From the human T2T-CHM13v2.0 reference genome, Homo sapiens: a DNA stretch of 64,000 nt. Shown one piece after another: positions 40,236-54,942 of this stretch (position 1 is the first letter of the stretch; each line of letters begins with the position of its first letter). The stretch lies in the NCBI RefSeq assembly GCF_009914755.1, contig NC_060935.1; one strand, given 5' to 3'. Under the pieces are notes generated by a model that was not told the DNA's origin, did not search any database, and saw only the letters and a program-made list of their open reading frames with translations. The position numbers and the translations under genes were made by a program.

Positions 40236-43200
40236 TGATTAAGGAAGGTGAGTTTAACCAAGTAAGAATAAGGTTTGGGAATGAAAGAAGGGAAGAAGAA
40301 ATAAAGTGTTTTGCTGTGTTTTATTTCCTGTTCAATGGGTTGGAAGTGTGCCACAGAAAGAGGGCCACACCTTGGGGTCTCAGGAAGTGCAGTATCCATA
40401 GCTCAGGCCCCACCAGGTGACAACCTTAGGTATTAAAGCAGATGCTGCCCTGTGTGGCAGCCAGCAGTGAGCTCTCAGAACAACACAGCTGTCTCTAGTC
40501 TGCTCATCCCTGCCTCCTGTGGGAAATCCTCACCAGGCTGAGCCCAGGACAGCACCAAGGGGAGGAAATAGCTGCAAGTCCTCTCACCTGGCTGGAGTTG
40601 GCTTTGGTCTGGACACTCACACCCCAGGTCTGGCTGGGTCAGTTCCCAACAAATGCAGTGTATCAGTTCCATCAACCTGGTCACACCATGCAGATCATTG
40701 TGACCGAACAACCAGAAAATGTAAGTGATGACACTTCTTGTGGAAAAGAAATCACCTTTAAATGACAAACACACCTGCCATTGGTGTCAAAAGTAGTGAT
40801 TTTGTACAATGATGTTCATCACATTTGTAACACCAGAATTTGGTAACTGCTTAATTTTTTAACATGAGAAAAACAATTGGATAGCTAATGGGATATCATT
40901 ATATATGTTTTATATATTATGTTATGTATCAATATAATATAACCAAATAAGTTTTTGGCGAATTTTTAAAGTAATGGGGCAACATTCATAACAATGCTAA
41001 TTATTTTTAAGGCAGAGTATAAAATAAAAAGAACAATTCCAAATTTGTTAAAAGCAGGAAAACACCCAAAGTGAGAGAGACTCTAAAATAATAATACAAG
41101 TTATATTTGACTTCATATGATTTTTCATTTTCTCCATCAAATGTTCTGTAATTTTCAAATTTCCTATACTGAACATGATTACTCTTATAATCATGAAAAT
41201 ATATATAACACTATTAAAAGGTAGTGGAAGTTGTTGGTGCTAATGATTTGTATCTTTTTCTTCTCATATAGCAGATAAGCCATGACTTTTGTGGTTAAAT
41301 GTTGCAGGACCTTGGATGAATATCTTAACTCTTACCCTCAGTTACTGCATCCTTAAAATGGGAATAATTTAGGGGTTCAGAGGAGCTTCACGCAGTTGAT
41401 GTGATGATTAAGTGAGGTGATATATGTAAAACTTTGTTTAGCCAGTGCTTCATGCAGAGGAAGCATTCAATAAACTGTAATTATCATTAAAGAGCAGAAT
41501 ATATGAGTCGTTACCTAATTCTAGCCCTCGCTTCCACAAGATTTTTCCCCCATTCCTTCCCCCTTTTTTGCTTCCTTGCTTCCATCCTCCTTTGCTTTCT
41601 TCCTTTAGGTCAGAAATAATTGACATTGGCAATTTCATAAAATTTGACCTTGCTTCTTATTTCACCTCCCATCGCAAAATGTGGGGGCAAAGAAATGTAA
41701 AAGGAAATGTTTTGCTGTTTTTTATTTCCTGTACGGTGGGTTGGAAGTGTGCCACAGAAGGAGGGCCTCACCTTGGGGTCTAAGGAAGTGCAGTATCCGT
41801 AGCTCAGGCCCCACCAGGTGACAATGATAGGTGCTAAGGCAGGTGCTACTGGGAAATGAATTCCAAAGGATGAAAAGACAAAGGAAGTAAAGCAGGAAAG
41901 CATGATACTCCAGAAGTGGGAGGAAAGGATAGTCCACTTGTCTATCAGAGACAAAGGGTCTCTGTATCTGTGTACCAAGGAAGGATGGGCCCACACACAG
42001 CCTTGGGTTCTGATGTGTCACAGAGAAGCCCAAGGAATAGCCAAGTACCCAGAAGACCTGGGCAGAAGTGGGTTAGGTTGTCCAACTCAACCCTCCACCA
42101 CTGAGACCTGGTGGGCAAGAGGAAAGAAAATGAACTGGAACCACAGCATCAGGAATTTCTGTTAAATGCTTCATTTGAAACTCTTTAATAGTATTCCTGA
42201 CAAATAGAAACTCTAGAGGGAAAGTAATCTCAGCACAATCCCTTCAGAATAAAACTGAAAATGAAGAGCCTCTGTGATGATCTATGCCAAGGCCGCCTGA
42301 ACACATTCTGGCCATGATTCAGTTTACCAAATGCACTCATGCGGCCTGCTGCCCTGCCTCCTACCACAGCTCCTGCTTACATAGCCCAAAGAGCCAGCTA
42401 CTATTTATCGTATCTGCCAGGCCCCATCAAAGGAAACTCCACAATAATTTTCTGAAAAACAGGGTTTGAAATGGCTCAAAATATAAACAAATGAACCATG
42501 AAGTATTTTAAATCTAGAATGGGGTAAAACATTATTTTGTTTTTATACTAATAAGTATGTGCCAGGTACCAGGCTCAGGTGTAATCCTTAAACAGCCTTA
42601 TGGGCGAGGTGCGACAAATTACTGCTATATTTTGCAGACAAATGGAAGCACCCCGAGGTAGTTTTGTTTTGTTTACTCCTTTGTCTTCAGTACCTACGAA
42701 ACTGGCTGGCATGTAGCAGGTGCTCAGTAAATATTTGTTGAATCAATGAATGAAGTTAAGTAATATAAATAAGCCACAACCAGGTTTATGCATATATGCA
42801 CATACCCATATTTATGCAGGAATATGCAGGTCATGCCTAGGCTGGCTTAACTCCAAAGCTTGAGTTCTCAATCACTATCTCCAGTAACCTCTTTACCACT
42901 GATTATGTGAGTCTGGGAAGGAAGACAAGGCCTTGCTGGTGCAGGCACTTTCCTGCATGACACAAAGATAATATGTCCTTAAAAATAACTGGATGTGGAG
43001 CGCTTTCCCCAGGGTCAGTGTTTAGGCATCACTAATAATCCAGTCCTTTTCTGCCTTAGGAATATGTTTACATATCAGCTATGAAAGCTGAAGACTTCTT
43101 TATAATATGATTCTCCAGGCTTTCTGTTATACAGAATGATAAATTACAGGCTAGTACTCACCAAGTCTCTAGATAAAGGCAAATGCATTTCTAGTATCAC

Positions 43201-43589
43201 TTTAGCAATTGCTTGAGGGTTTTGAAAGTCTCTTGAAAACAGGCAGTTGAAGAAGTTTCCCCTAAGAAATTCTTAAGATTAGGACTTGAGAAGTTAAATG
43301 GAATTTCTATACCTTTTAGGCGCTATCTATTCGAAGGTGAACAGATTGAGCTTGCATTTCTCCATGTGATTAACATCAAGCGCCCTGTGTTGGTTGAAAA
43401 GGTTCATTAGCTGGAAAAGAACTTAAAAGGCAGGATGGACAACTTCAATTTAGATAATTGTTGGATGTGATGGAGTGCTCTGCAAATGGGTCTGCATGGG
43501 GCTGGGGCGGGGAGGAGCACTATCTACTAAGCACTGTAAAGGGCTCTCAGAACCCACAGGCCAGTAAATGTTTGAGTGGAGGAAGCATG

Positions 43590-43800
43590 ACATATGGGAT
43601 CAGAGGCTCTGAGTTTCAGTCCCGGCTCCATCACTTACTAGCTAGGTGACTTTAGGCAAAATCACTGTCTCTTTGAGGTTAGTACATCATCTGTAAAAGT
43701 GACAAGGATCGTGCCTAACTTTCAGGTTGTTCTGAGGATCCAGGGAGATAGCTGAGGTGCCTTGCAAATGCTCTATACAAGGGTTGGAATGATTGTCATC
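43590..43800 (+). mobile_element. MIR SINE
   Basis: cagtcccggctccatcacttactagctaggtgactttaggcaa...catctgtaaaagtg...gttgttctgaggatc. Confidence 0.65.
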
Positions 43801-46800
43801 ATCATCATGGCAATCGTTATTACCAAGTGAGGTTGCAGAGGATTCAAACACGAGCAAGTACATCCATCCTGGGTTCTTTTAGGATCTGAAGTTAATATAA
43901 GTTTGAATGCTTCTTTTACAACAAGTATACAAAATTATAAATTGCTGCCTTGAAAAAAGCTTCATTGGCTTCCCAGTAAATACTCCTCTGCCTCCACAAA
44001 AAGAGGTATAATTGTGGTCAATAGCATGGACTCAGGGAGGCACACTACCCAGGATTCAATCTTAGGTTAGCTGTATGACCTTTGGCAAGTTACTAAACCT
44101 CTCTGTGCTTCTGTTTTTCATTTGGAAAAAGGTTGTCATGAGGATTAAATAACTTAAAATATGTAGCAGGGCTGGCAGAGTAAGAAATATATGTGTTTAT
44201 CATCACCATTTAAAAAAAAATCTCATTTCAAGGATCTTTTCATCTGGGAGAATGAAATATAACAAGTGCAACCATGACTTAAGACAGAATGTGGTGAGTG
44301 CTATAAAGGAGTACAAGACATGAGTTCTGGGGATGAAAAAAAGAAGTCGCATTTACTTGGGGGGAACCAGGAAATGCTTTGTAAAGGATGAATAGGGAAG
44401 TTTTCAAAAAGCAGCCCATTACAGGCAGAAAAAAAAAAAAATAGCCCAAGCACAGGCTCAAAGGTGAGACTTGGTTTGGCATATCAGGGGACAACAAAAG
44501 TCTGTATTTATGGACTTAGAGAGAAAGCAGGAGAGGAACCTGGAAAGGCAGATTGGGGCCATAGAGTGAAGGGCCGTGGGCGCCTGTTTGAGGAGTTGGC
44601 AGGCAGTGGAGAGAGGACATTTGGCTTTCGAGCAGGACAAAGTCAGGATTAGCACATGTGGGCTGGAGGAAAATTAGCCCGGCAGCATCAGCAGGAGGGA
44701 CGGGTGGGTTCAATGCCACCTACTCATCCTGGCAGAAGGGGACAAAGATGACTGGAGTTCCTCCACATTAACAACCCAAACAATTTGGAACATGCCGCCA
44801 ACATTAGGCAGGGCAATCATTTCTCTGAAGTCTGAAGAAAGAACTGTCGCTTTGTAGCTTTTCCTTTCTTTCCCCTATTCATATTGGTGTCAGAGTTTAA
44901 TTTCCCATTTCATCTCATCAATATAAAATGTGGGGAGGGCACGCCTCTGAGAATGGAGCTGTCACCCATCCCAGTCCACTGCCTGGCACTCATGGGCTCT
45001 GAGCAAAGGGCTGACAAAGGCTTTTCTGGCACAGGCTTATCTTTTCCTCCAGTGGAAACTTCTTCCATCTTCTCTCATTTAGACTAACATTTTGCAAAAC
45101 TTCTTTTTCTGCCACATTTTGGAGTACATTTCTTTTTAGAAATGAACTGTTTTTGTGCAGGCACCTTGCATTTTAGCTTTCTCCCCAGCCAGGTGGGGCT
45201 GCTGCATGCAGCACACTGCACAACCTAAACAACTGTATGTGGCAGCCAGTGACCTAGTCAGGGCCTTATTGCAGAGGACAACATTTGGCATCTGCTTCAA
45301 GGCGTTCCTGCTCCTCTGGGAAAGGCAGTTCCTATGTGTCCCCACGAAGATTCTGCCTCCTTGGTTCCAGTTGGTCCAGAAGTGGGTATCTGACTTCAGC
45401 CAAACCAATCAGCATCCTTCCCTGGAATGTTCAAAACTTAAACAATAGAGAGAATCAGCTCCTCCTGGTTGGTAGAAACAACAGGATTTGAATGGTGGGA
45501 GCACACATAAGCCAGGTTCCCAGCACAGGGAAGAAGACAGTCTACATAACAGAAGAGGAAGCTCTGCCATGAGAAAAGTGAAGTTATGGTTCGATTTGAG
45601 TTCCTTTTCCAATTTTCCCTGAGGACCATCTCCCACCTTGTTCTACTCTAGGTTAAGTGTGATGCCCTTTTAGAAATTTCCTTCTTCTTTTGCCTAAACT
45701 ATTTCAAGTTGGATTTCTATCCATTTTGAACAAAGGGACCTGACTCATATACTTATGCTCTCACCCCTTGCTCATCAATCAAAGTTTACTCAACCTGTCT
45801 CCTTTCTTTTCAGTGTTCCAAGGGGTGAACAGATAATTTTACTGCTTCTAACATAGATAATAATGTATTAACCCTTAATAATCACAGTAAGCACTTATAT
45901 ATTGCTTTTCCATTTTCAAAATGATTTTTCAATCAGTATTTCAGTTGATCCACATAAAGATGCAGAGGAAAGGAGGGCAGATAATATCTTCCTCATTTTA
46001 TGGAATAGAAAAGTTAGGTCCAGATAAATTAAGTGACTTGCCCAAGTTCCCCATTATTTTTTGCCAGAGCCTGAATTTCAGACCCTTTCTCTTGTTTCCA
46101 AATCCTGCATACTTTTCCCAACACCTTCTTGCTTTCGGAAGTAACTCCAGGCTTAGACTTTTGGATATTGGTGAAGGCCAGTGAGGAAGACAGTGTGATC
46201 AAGGGGACCTTCAGAGGATCCTCAGAACTCTGGTGAAGCAGCTGTCTACTCTGCCTATAAGGAAGGGGGTACTCCTGTGGCTTATGTTCAGTGGGACCAA
46301 GGAAATAACACATGGCTAGAACAAGGATGAGGCAAGGGAAGCGCCAAGGGCAAATGATTCAAGGAGATGCTTATTTTCAGGATTGTACAAGGGCCTGCCC
46401 TGGCCCCATAACATCATTAAGGCCATAGCTGCAAAATTCAGACTTTAGAAGTGTGTGAGATTCTTCCTGAAATAAACACACATCTTCTAGGCTGACTTAG
46501 TTATAGGAAGAATGTGGGATGGAAGAATCAGAAGACCAGAAACAGGCACTGGTGGTCAACTTTACCACGCCTAGCATCTAGACATCATTGTCCAACCCCT
46601 TTGCTCAGTGCCTGCCTATATGATGGATTCACTTGACTAACCATGCTCTCAAAAAACATATTTTTTCACTCACTCCAGCCCACAAATGTCCTTAAAAGTA
46701 GATTCTGAAGTAAAAGAAAATTACAATCACATTCTGTTGGAAACCTAGTGAAAGCAAAAGAAATGCTTTAAAAAAAATCAATATTTTTAACCCTAAAGTA

Positions 46801-47396
46801 GATCCTAGAGATAATCTATTTCACCTTGGATTTCTGTCACTTTTGACCAAAGGGTCCCAATTACTATACCCATGCTCCTAGGCTGCTTTCATCAATCAAA
46901 ACTTACTTGTTCTGTTTTCCTTTCTTTCAGTGTCTAAAGGTTTATCAGATCAGAAAATTGAAGCTGATACAACTTAAGTGGCTTTCTCAAGGTCACCCAG
47001 CTGGTTAATGAAAGGAGCTGGGTTGGAATTCAGGTCTACTGAGGCACAGTGCTCATTCCACTATACTGTGAGTCCTACACTGAGTCCTGGACTGAAACAG
47101 TTATTTCTCAGCTTTAATACCAATCATTTCACGTATGTACAGTACTTAGAAATTTTCTGAGTGCTTTGCATTTATTATTTCATTTCCAACTCACAGACAT
47201 TTTGTGTGTAAATTATACCTGTGATCAAGATAAGAAAATTGAGGCACAGAAAGGTCATATGACTTATCTGAGGAAACATACTGAGGCAAAAACACAGCAG
47301 TTGTCATCCTCCACCATTGTTTATGTTTTTTTCCTGCCTATGTGACAAGCCAAACTTATCTAGAATTATTAGTTTAATATTTGTTCTCTCCTACCC

Positions 47397-47970
47397 TATA
47401 TTAATTATTTATTGCCATATAATAAATTACCCCAAAACTGAGCAGCTTGAAAGAACAAGCACTTATTACCTCACAATTTCTATCGGTCAGGAATCCAGCT
47501 GCCACTTAGCTGGATGCCTCTGGCTGAAGTTCTCTCATGAGGTAATAGTTAGGTGTCAGCTGGGGCTGTGGGCTCATCTGAAGGTTCAACTGAAAGATGA
47601 TTCCCTTCCAAACTGTTGGCAAGATTCAGCTCCTCATGGGTTAATGGGCCAAAGGCCTCAATTCTCAACTGGTTACCGGCCAGAGACCTCCCTCAGTTAC
47701 CACAAGGCCTCTCCATAGGGCTGCTCACAACATGGAGGCTGATCTCCCTCAGGGTGAACATGTGAGAAAGCAAAACAGGGAAGCCCAAAGCAGAAGCCAC
47801 AGTACTTTGTATAATCTAATCTTGGGAGTGACATGCCATTACTTTTGCTGTGTTCTATTTATTAGAAGCAAGTCAAAATGTCTAGCCCACAACCAAAAGA
47901 GAAGAGTTTATAAGAGTGTGATATCAGGAGACAGAAATCATTGTAGCCATTTTAGAGACTGCCTAACACA
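47397..47970 (-). mobile_element. MLT1F-type MaLR solo LTR
   Basis: taataaattaccccaaaactgagcagc...ggtcaggaatccag...gtgacatgccattacttttgc...gactgcctaacaca. Confidence 0.75.
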
Positions 47971-49492
47971 TGCTCCAAATGAAAATTACACCTTCAAGAT
48001 GCCTAGGGTAAAATAGAGGTAAGTTTATGATTTTTCAGTTTTTAAGGAAAAGTGTTTTTTATATTAAGCATAAAGGATTATTCATCCAAAAATCATAGCT
48101 GGATGCTTGTTTGATATTTTGAAGCCACTGTGCAAAGTGGACACATATCCCAAAGGAATAGATCTGTGATTCTGCCATCCATCTCTCCCTCTCCTCAAAG
48201 CATACTAATTTCAGTTTGATTTTTTTTTTCCATCTGAAGTGAAAGTCTTGCCTTCCAGACAAAACCAGTGAATGACACTGCCTGCATGTCAGAAATTGCA
48301 ACTGACATTTCAATTTTGCTTAATTTTTTTTCTTTCTTTGATAGTATTATGGTGAAAATTTACATTTGAATAAAAAGCAAATAGTGCATGTCAGAGTAAG
48401 CATCAGGGAATGTCAAATTGTTTTTTTCCAATTACAACTCTATTTCAAATAGGGTAATGAAATTAAAGGATAATTACTAGAAGCACAAAGCCAAGGTTAC
48501 GATCAGAAATGGTTACCCTTTCACTTTAAGTCCTGTCTTGCTAAATAAAATATTCCTGAGGGGGAAGTTACTGTTTGCAAATAAAATACACTCATCCAGG
48601 ACCACCCAAACACTTGACAATGTTGACCAAAACACCTATTTGTGCGTAAATACAAGTGTTTAAAAGAGATGAAAGGACACTAAAGGTAAGCTGCATTTTC
48701 CTTGGCTTTATCACTCTGATTAATAATGTGATAAATTAGCTGTAGGATGCAATATTAATTAACAGTATATTAGTTGCATTTTATTGCCAATAATATAACA
48801 AGCTCTGAAATAGTAGTCAGACTAAACTGCTGACACGGGCTTTTCTGCAAACTGAGCTGTAGTTTGATTTCTCATTTGTCCAAGTGAAGCATCAGCAACT
48901 GAGTAAAACCAATTACCTCAAAGCCCACCAAGCCCTCGGCAGCAACTTAGTGCATCTAAGCTTTGCCCAAATGTTATTACTTTCAAATTAGAGGCTGGTC
49001 TGAAATGGGCCATCGAAGAATTTCTACTGCTGAAAATAATTCAATATGGCAGTCCAGTTGTGGAACACTTTTCAGGGCCAAATAGAAACAAAGCTCCTTC
49101 CAATTTTGACACATCTTGAATCCATGGCTGTCCACTTCTGGAAGGCAAGCCTGGAAGTACAGAAGTCAGATATGAAAAGGGAGGCATTTTCCTGCCTTTT
49201 ATGTTTATTTTTGAGATGAAGTCCTGGGATGGAGGTGGGGGACACTTTAGGAAAAAGGACACAAGGTCAAGGATGAAAACAAATAAAGACACTCACCTAA
49301 TGGGAGTTATCTCACCTCACTAGGTAAAGAGAAACTACAGCACAAGAGTTCATCAAGTACAGAGATATGTTGTTGAGTGAACACTTGGCCAAAGGGATTA
49401 AAACAAGTAGGGCAGATGCATTATAAGTACCTGAAGAAATCTCTGTTTATATTTATTCATTTGTCTCACCCATAGACCTTCACTTGCTATAC

Positions 49493-49556
49493 TCTTTCTT
49501 CTTTCTTTCTCTTTCTTTCTTTCTTTTCTTTCTTTCTTCTTTTTCTCTCTCTCTCT
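49493..49556. repeat. (CTTT)n/(CT)n pyrimidine tract
   Basis: ctttcttctttctttctctttctttctttc...ctctctctctct. Confidence 0.85.
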
Positions 49557-52500
49557 GTCACACAAACATATACAAAATCACTTTCGATCCTCTTATCTTG
49601 CTTAATATCTTTCATGGAACTTATTACTATCCAAAATTAAATTTCAGACAGTTTATCCATTCATTTACTTCTCTGTTCCTGTATTCCCACCAAACTGTAC
49701 ACTCCATGAGGTCAGGAGGTGTGTCTGTGCACTGCAGAATAGTGCTTGGCATGTAACAGGCACAAAATTAGTTGAATCAAAGAATGAACCCATTCACTGA
49801 ACTTACATTTACAAAATGCCCAATGTCTAAGTGCGAAGGATTCAAAGATGATGATAATCATAACTACCATTCACTGAAGGAGCCCTCAATGAGCTAAAAG
49901 CTTTACATACAGTATTTTATTTGAATCCCTCAACAACCCTTTGAATCATGTGTTTCTATTTTCTTTCTTTCTTTTTTGCAAATGAAGACATAGAGGCTCA
50001 CAGAGACTGACTTATTACCACCAAGCTAGAAAGAGGTAAAACTATAAATTAAACCGGGTTTGTCTGGCCCTGACTCCAGGAATTGTCATATTCAAAGATT
50101 AATAAGAGACAAACATCCTCCCTGAGAACCTCAAAGTCTCATGCTTTGGATTTGAAGCATCATTGTCTTAGAGGATCCTCCTAATATTCTGTGGCTGGAG
50201 AAAGAATCTGACAATAATTCCTGGAGAACTGGAGTTGGGACATTTGCCATCCTGGGGCCTTCAGGAATGTCCTTGTCCATGGCAGGATCTGGTATGCCAT
50301 GCTACTTTCCCTTTGGTGAGGTCAGATTCTGCTGTAGAGGTTTGCCAGGGCTACCCATATTCTCATATCCTTGGCTCCAGGTCTGCATATGAGCCCAGCA
50401 GCTGTCAGGGATCCTATTTACTTTTAATAAATCTAACAAATGAATGATAAATAAGTGGTGATTCGTCTGCCTCAGAAAATCCAGCAAGGGCAGGACCCAG
50501 CCAGGTGCATGGGAAGCTAAACTCTTTTCCAGCCTTCACAACTGAATTTTAAATTGCCAACACCAAGCTCCAAAGTCAGTTCAGACCCACAAAGTTTCTA
50601 TGTATTTTAGAAGTCACAGAACTACCCCTCTCTCTGGTCTCTTGGAATAAAAGAAAGTTCCTCAGCCTATTCATTCCATGAATTAAAAAAAAAAAAAGAT
50701 TAAAAAAGGTCTCCTCGGTTACAATGCCATTCATATCCTTTGACCAGAAAGAGTTAGAGAAAAACTTCGGGATTGATCTGAGGGACACAGAGCCCAGGTT
50801 CCATTAAAGTGTATTAATGCCAAGGTCTGTGCAATTAGTGAAAAGTCAATTCCCATTACTAGTTAACACTATTGAATATCTGCTTTCTTTAATAAAAAGC
50901 CATGTCCAGTACAAAGAGAATAAATCAATAGGTTGGCTGCATTTAGATCTATTCTGCCTTCTTCTAAAATGCACAGAGAAACTCCCTGTCAGAGCTCCAC
51001 TGTCTGTCTGCCAAGCTCAGTTTGTAAACTGGCAGCTGGCCCTGCCTTCTTTGCCTGGAATCTTTCATTAGCACTTTCTCACTTTAGCTCTCATTTCTCT
51101 CATCAGGAAAATTAAGTTTTATCCCATGCCTAAAATTCTTCTCTTTGAGCTTAATCTCGATCTGCCTCCGAATTGGACTGGTTCAGAAAACGAGCTGCAA
51201 AGCCACTGTGGCCATACATCTAAACCTCAGCCTTCGCCAAGCATCGGTTCTTCCTCAGGCCAGGAGAGTAGGGTACACACAATTTCTAACAAGGGTCCAA
51301 AGAGTCCCAAGAGCCTGAAAGACTTTTCTCCTCCAGAGATACCCTTTGCGTTCTTTTACATCTGGTAACCTTCCTTGCTGCCAAGGAGCTGGAATGTTCC
51401 AGATCCTTAACTGTGAAGAGCAAAAGAAGGATACACCTGTCCGGTGAAGTTTGCAAGCCCTCCCAATTCTCAGCACCACATGCAGAAGAAGGATGCATTC
51501 ACCTCCTGTCTGTGGAGGCTGCCTTTCTGTAGCTAAGCCCATCTATTTATCTTCTTTGGTGCGGACCACTAAAAGGAGAAAGCTGTTTAGACACTATCTT
51601 CATTATAATGCTTGGTTTATTAAAGACTAAAAGGATACTTTGATTCCCACTGTACATATAAGTTACTCATAAGTTGGAAAATTGTGTTTCCGTGAAAGCA
51701 AATTACTGTACCTTAAATTATTTCATTAACCAGAATGCTCAGTCTTTGATGGGAAAAGGAGGATTGATATAATTTTACTTCAGTTCAGGTTTACTATGCA
51801 GAATTATTTGACATTCTTCTTTAATCCTTTGGTCCTTATTCCGCATCCTCTCTCCCTTCTCAGAGTGTGTGTTTGGTGGGGTGGGTAGGTTTGGTGGTGA
51901 TATTGGTTTGGGTCATGGTTTCGGTAGATGAATAGATTTGGAATTGCATTCTTTTCAGGACTCAGCAAATTGGTGTGTATCGTTCTGGGTTTTTTCAATT
52001 GGTTCAAGTCTACTATTTCTCCACTTAAGCAGGTTGAAATATCTAATGAAACAAGCACTGCTAGAACCAAATCTGTTTATTCCTGTTGCTGAGATCCTTT
52101 CATGCCACTTTCCATGGCCCCATTTCTGGTCCAGAGGCCTGGTCTGCCATTAGAGAGAATCACAAACCAGGCCCTACACTGTGAAACCAACGAATGATCC
52201 CCAGTACTGTCATGGATGTTTCTTGAAGCCACTGGAGTCGTCCACTGTGGTCGGAGAACTCAGGGAGGGAACCTTCTGCATTGCTTCCCAGAGCAGCTGT
52301 GGGGTGACAGTAACAGGCAAACAGTGGAAATGCACACCATCCTAATACAAGGGTGGAAAGTGTTCAGTTGTGAAGAGGCATTTATGTTTACACAAACAGC
52401 CAGTTTTTCCTCACATTCAAAGTTACAGAGTTGGACAAGGCAGGCTCACGAGGTGACAAAGAAAAATTTAACTAATCAGGCAGGCTATCCCCAAGTGTTC

Positions 52501-53899
52501 CAATGGCATGGATGATTCTGCCAAAGGGACTAACTGATGAACAGGTAGCTGGGTGAGGAGACTGCAGATCTTTGTCATCCCAAGCAGATGAAGGTTCCCC
52601 ACTTGATCAGAGGCAGTGATTGAATTCCCATTTGGGGATCCCACAAAGAAATGGATTGACATTGTCAAGCAATTAATCCAAGGTGAAGTACGATTTAAAA
52701 AAATTGGGAAATGAATAAATGCAGTCCCAAGCAATCTACCTGTGTGACACTGATGCAGGAAAATTGCCTTTGAAGAGGTTGGCAGTTGTCTTTGGTCCTT
52801 TAGCAAATCCTTCCACGATAACTCTGAAATGAATAGAAGGAGCAGAATTGGATTAAACAATTTTAAATTTTACTTTCACAAAACATAAACAAGGTTTAAA
52901 ATTTTGAAATTCACAGAATCGCCTCGAATGTCACAAACCTTATGAAGCACCAAGGAGCTAATCCCTCTTATCTTTAAGACTGGGATCAAGGATTTTTTTC
53001 CACTCTGTAGGAGCTCCTGAGAACCAACTTTTGCAAAAGAGTCAAGTTGCCAAGCCAGAGCTGGCAGAAGAGTTGCTCCATAAAGTGAGAACAGAATGGA
53101 ATGCACTCTCACCTTTGAGTTCAAGTGCATGTTGAGATTTTTATCTGAAATGAATTCTGATTAATATCACCTTGGACTAAAGGAGAAAAACATTCAAGCA
53201 TGTGTTTATACTTGTTGACATGAATAAAAGATACACCTTAAATCTGAGTCATAATACTAGAATAAAAGATGATTATGAAATGCATACCACTGATATAGTC
53301 TCACCAAGAAAGTCAACATTCAAATTCCCTAAGACATAGAGAAATTTGTTTCAATAACTTGTCCAATCACTCTTTAGCCATAAGACCAAACTATGGTCCC
53401 TACCCATACCACTTTGTTCTTTTGAGTTATTGTCTGTTTCTCACTCTAATTAATCACTTCCCAATCATATTTAAGGAGAAAAAGAAATGGACATACCTTT
53501 CAGGGATGCTTTAAAAGCTTCATTATTGTTACTGAGAGAGGACAGCAGGTTGAATTCCATGTTCTGAGGAGAACATTGCATCCATGACAATGTCACACAC
53601 ACATGAGAGCATGAAGCACACCCAGGTAATCAGATGGTGATGCATAGTCCTGCAATCAGCTCTCCTTATTGACCCCGAAGCCTTGCCTTCAGCCAAGTTA
53701 GATCTTTCAGTGGAAATAAGATGGAATTATTTCAAAATAAGATGGAAATAATTTGGAAGTTGGCTGGGTAAGACCTGTTGACATGGAAAAGCAGGTTTTT
53801 TCCATTTTTCCACTCTCAACTCTATACCCCCTAGATAGACACTCTTATATTTCCTATTTCACCTTCCACAATTTCTTGTCAAAGATTACTTTAAAGTGT

Positions 53900-54420
53900 A
53901 CAAAACAATGATATCTAAAGGCTTCCCATCTCACTTAGAGTAAAAACAAAGTCTCTATAATCCCTCATCACCAGGCCACCAGCCAACCACTCACCCAATG
54001 TCTTAATTCCTTCTCCAGCCTCCTCCAGGCACACTGGCTTACCTGTGAGTCCTTGAACATTCTGGGCACATTTCTGTTTCAGGGCCTTTGCACTTGCTCT
54101 TCCCTCCATCTGGACTGCCCTTCAGTGCCTACATGGCAAAGTCAAGTCTTAATTGTCCCTCTTCGATAGAGACTTCCAGATCTATCCTATCTAAAATTTC
54201 AACCTCTCCCACCTGCCAAACAATTTCTATCCTCTTTCCTAACATATCATATAATTAACTTTTCCAATCTCATTTATTGCCTGTCTCTCCACTCGAATAT
54301 AAGCTCCATGAGGACAGTATTTTATACACTGCTGTATCCTTTGTGCCTGGAACAATTCCTGGCATGTAGTAATGGCCCAATAAATACTAACTGAATGAGT
54401 GCATAAATAAATGAATGAAT
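53900..54420 (+). mobile_element. L2 LINE 3' region
   Basis: gcttcccatctcacttagagtaaaa, tcagggcctttgcacttgct, aagctccatgaggacag, cctggcatgtagta...aataaata...aatgaatgaat. Confidence 0.7.
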
Positions 54421-54729
54421 ATCAGTGATTCACTAAACCCACCTCTCCTTCATTCACACAAAAGCCAGGTCCTTTCACAGGGCACTTCCAGCATTGCCAC
54501 CATGATCTTAATTGCAAATAGTTACTAGCTGTTACCAGGCTCCAAGCATTGTATGAAACACCTTACATACACTATCTTATCTTCACAAGCAACTCCTGAG
54601 CTGAGTGTAATCATCCCCAGTTTACGATGAATAAATGATGAGCCAGAGAGATCAAGTAACCTGCCCACATTGGCTTGCTAGTATGTGGTAGAGCTCAAAT
54701 GAAAGTCAAAGTTAAAGTTTGTCTAACAC

Positions 54730-54942
54730 ATGAGGTCTTAACCAGGGATGATTTTGCCCCCAAGGATGCATGTGGCAATGTCTGGAGACATTTTTTGTTG
54801 TCATAACTGAGGGTTGCTACTGAATTCTAGTGGACAGATAGCGGGGATACTGCTAAACATTACTACAATACGTACGACAGCCTCCCATAACAAAGAATTA
54901 TCCTGCACAAAAGGTCAATTGTGCTGAGGTTGAGAAACCCTG
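54730..54942. mobile_element. MER20 hAT-Charlie element
   Basis: gattttgccccc...ggcaatgtctggagacattttttgttgtcataactg...gctgaggttgagaaaccctg. Confidence 0.8.
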
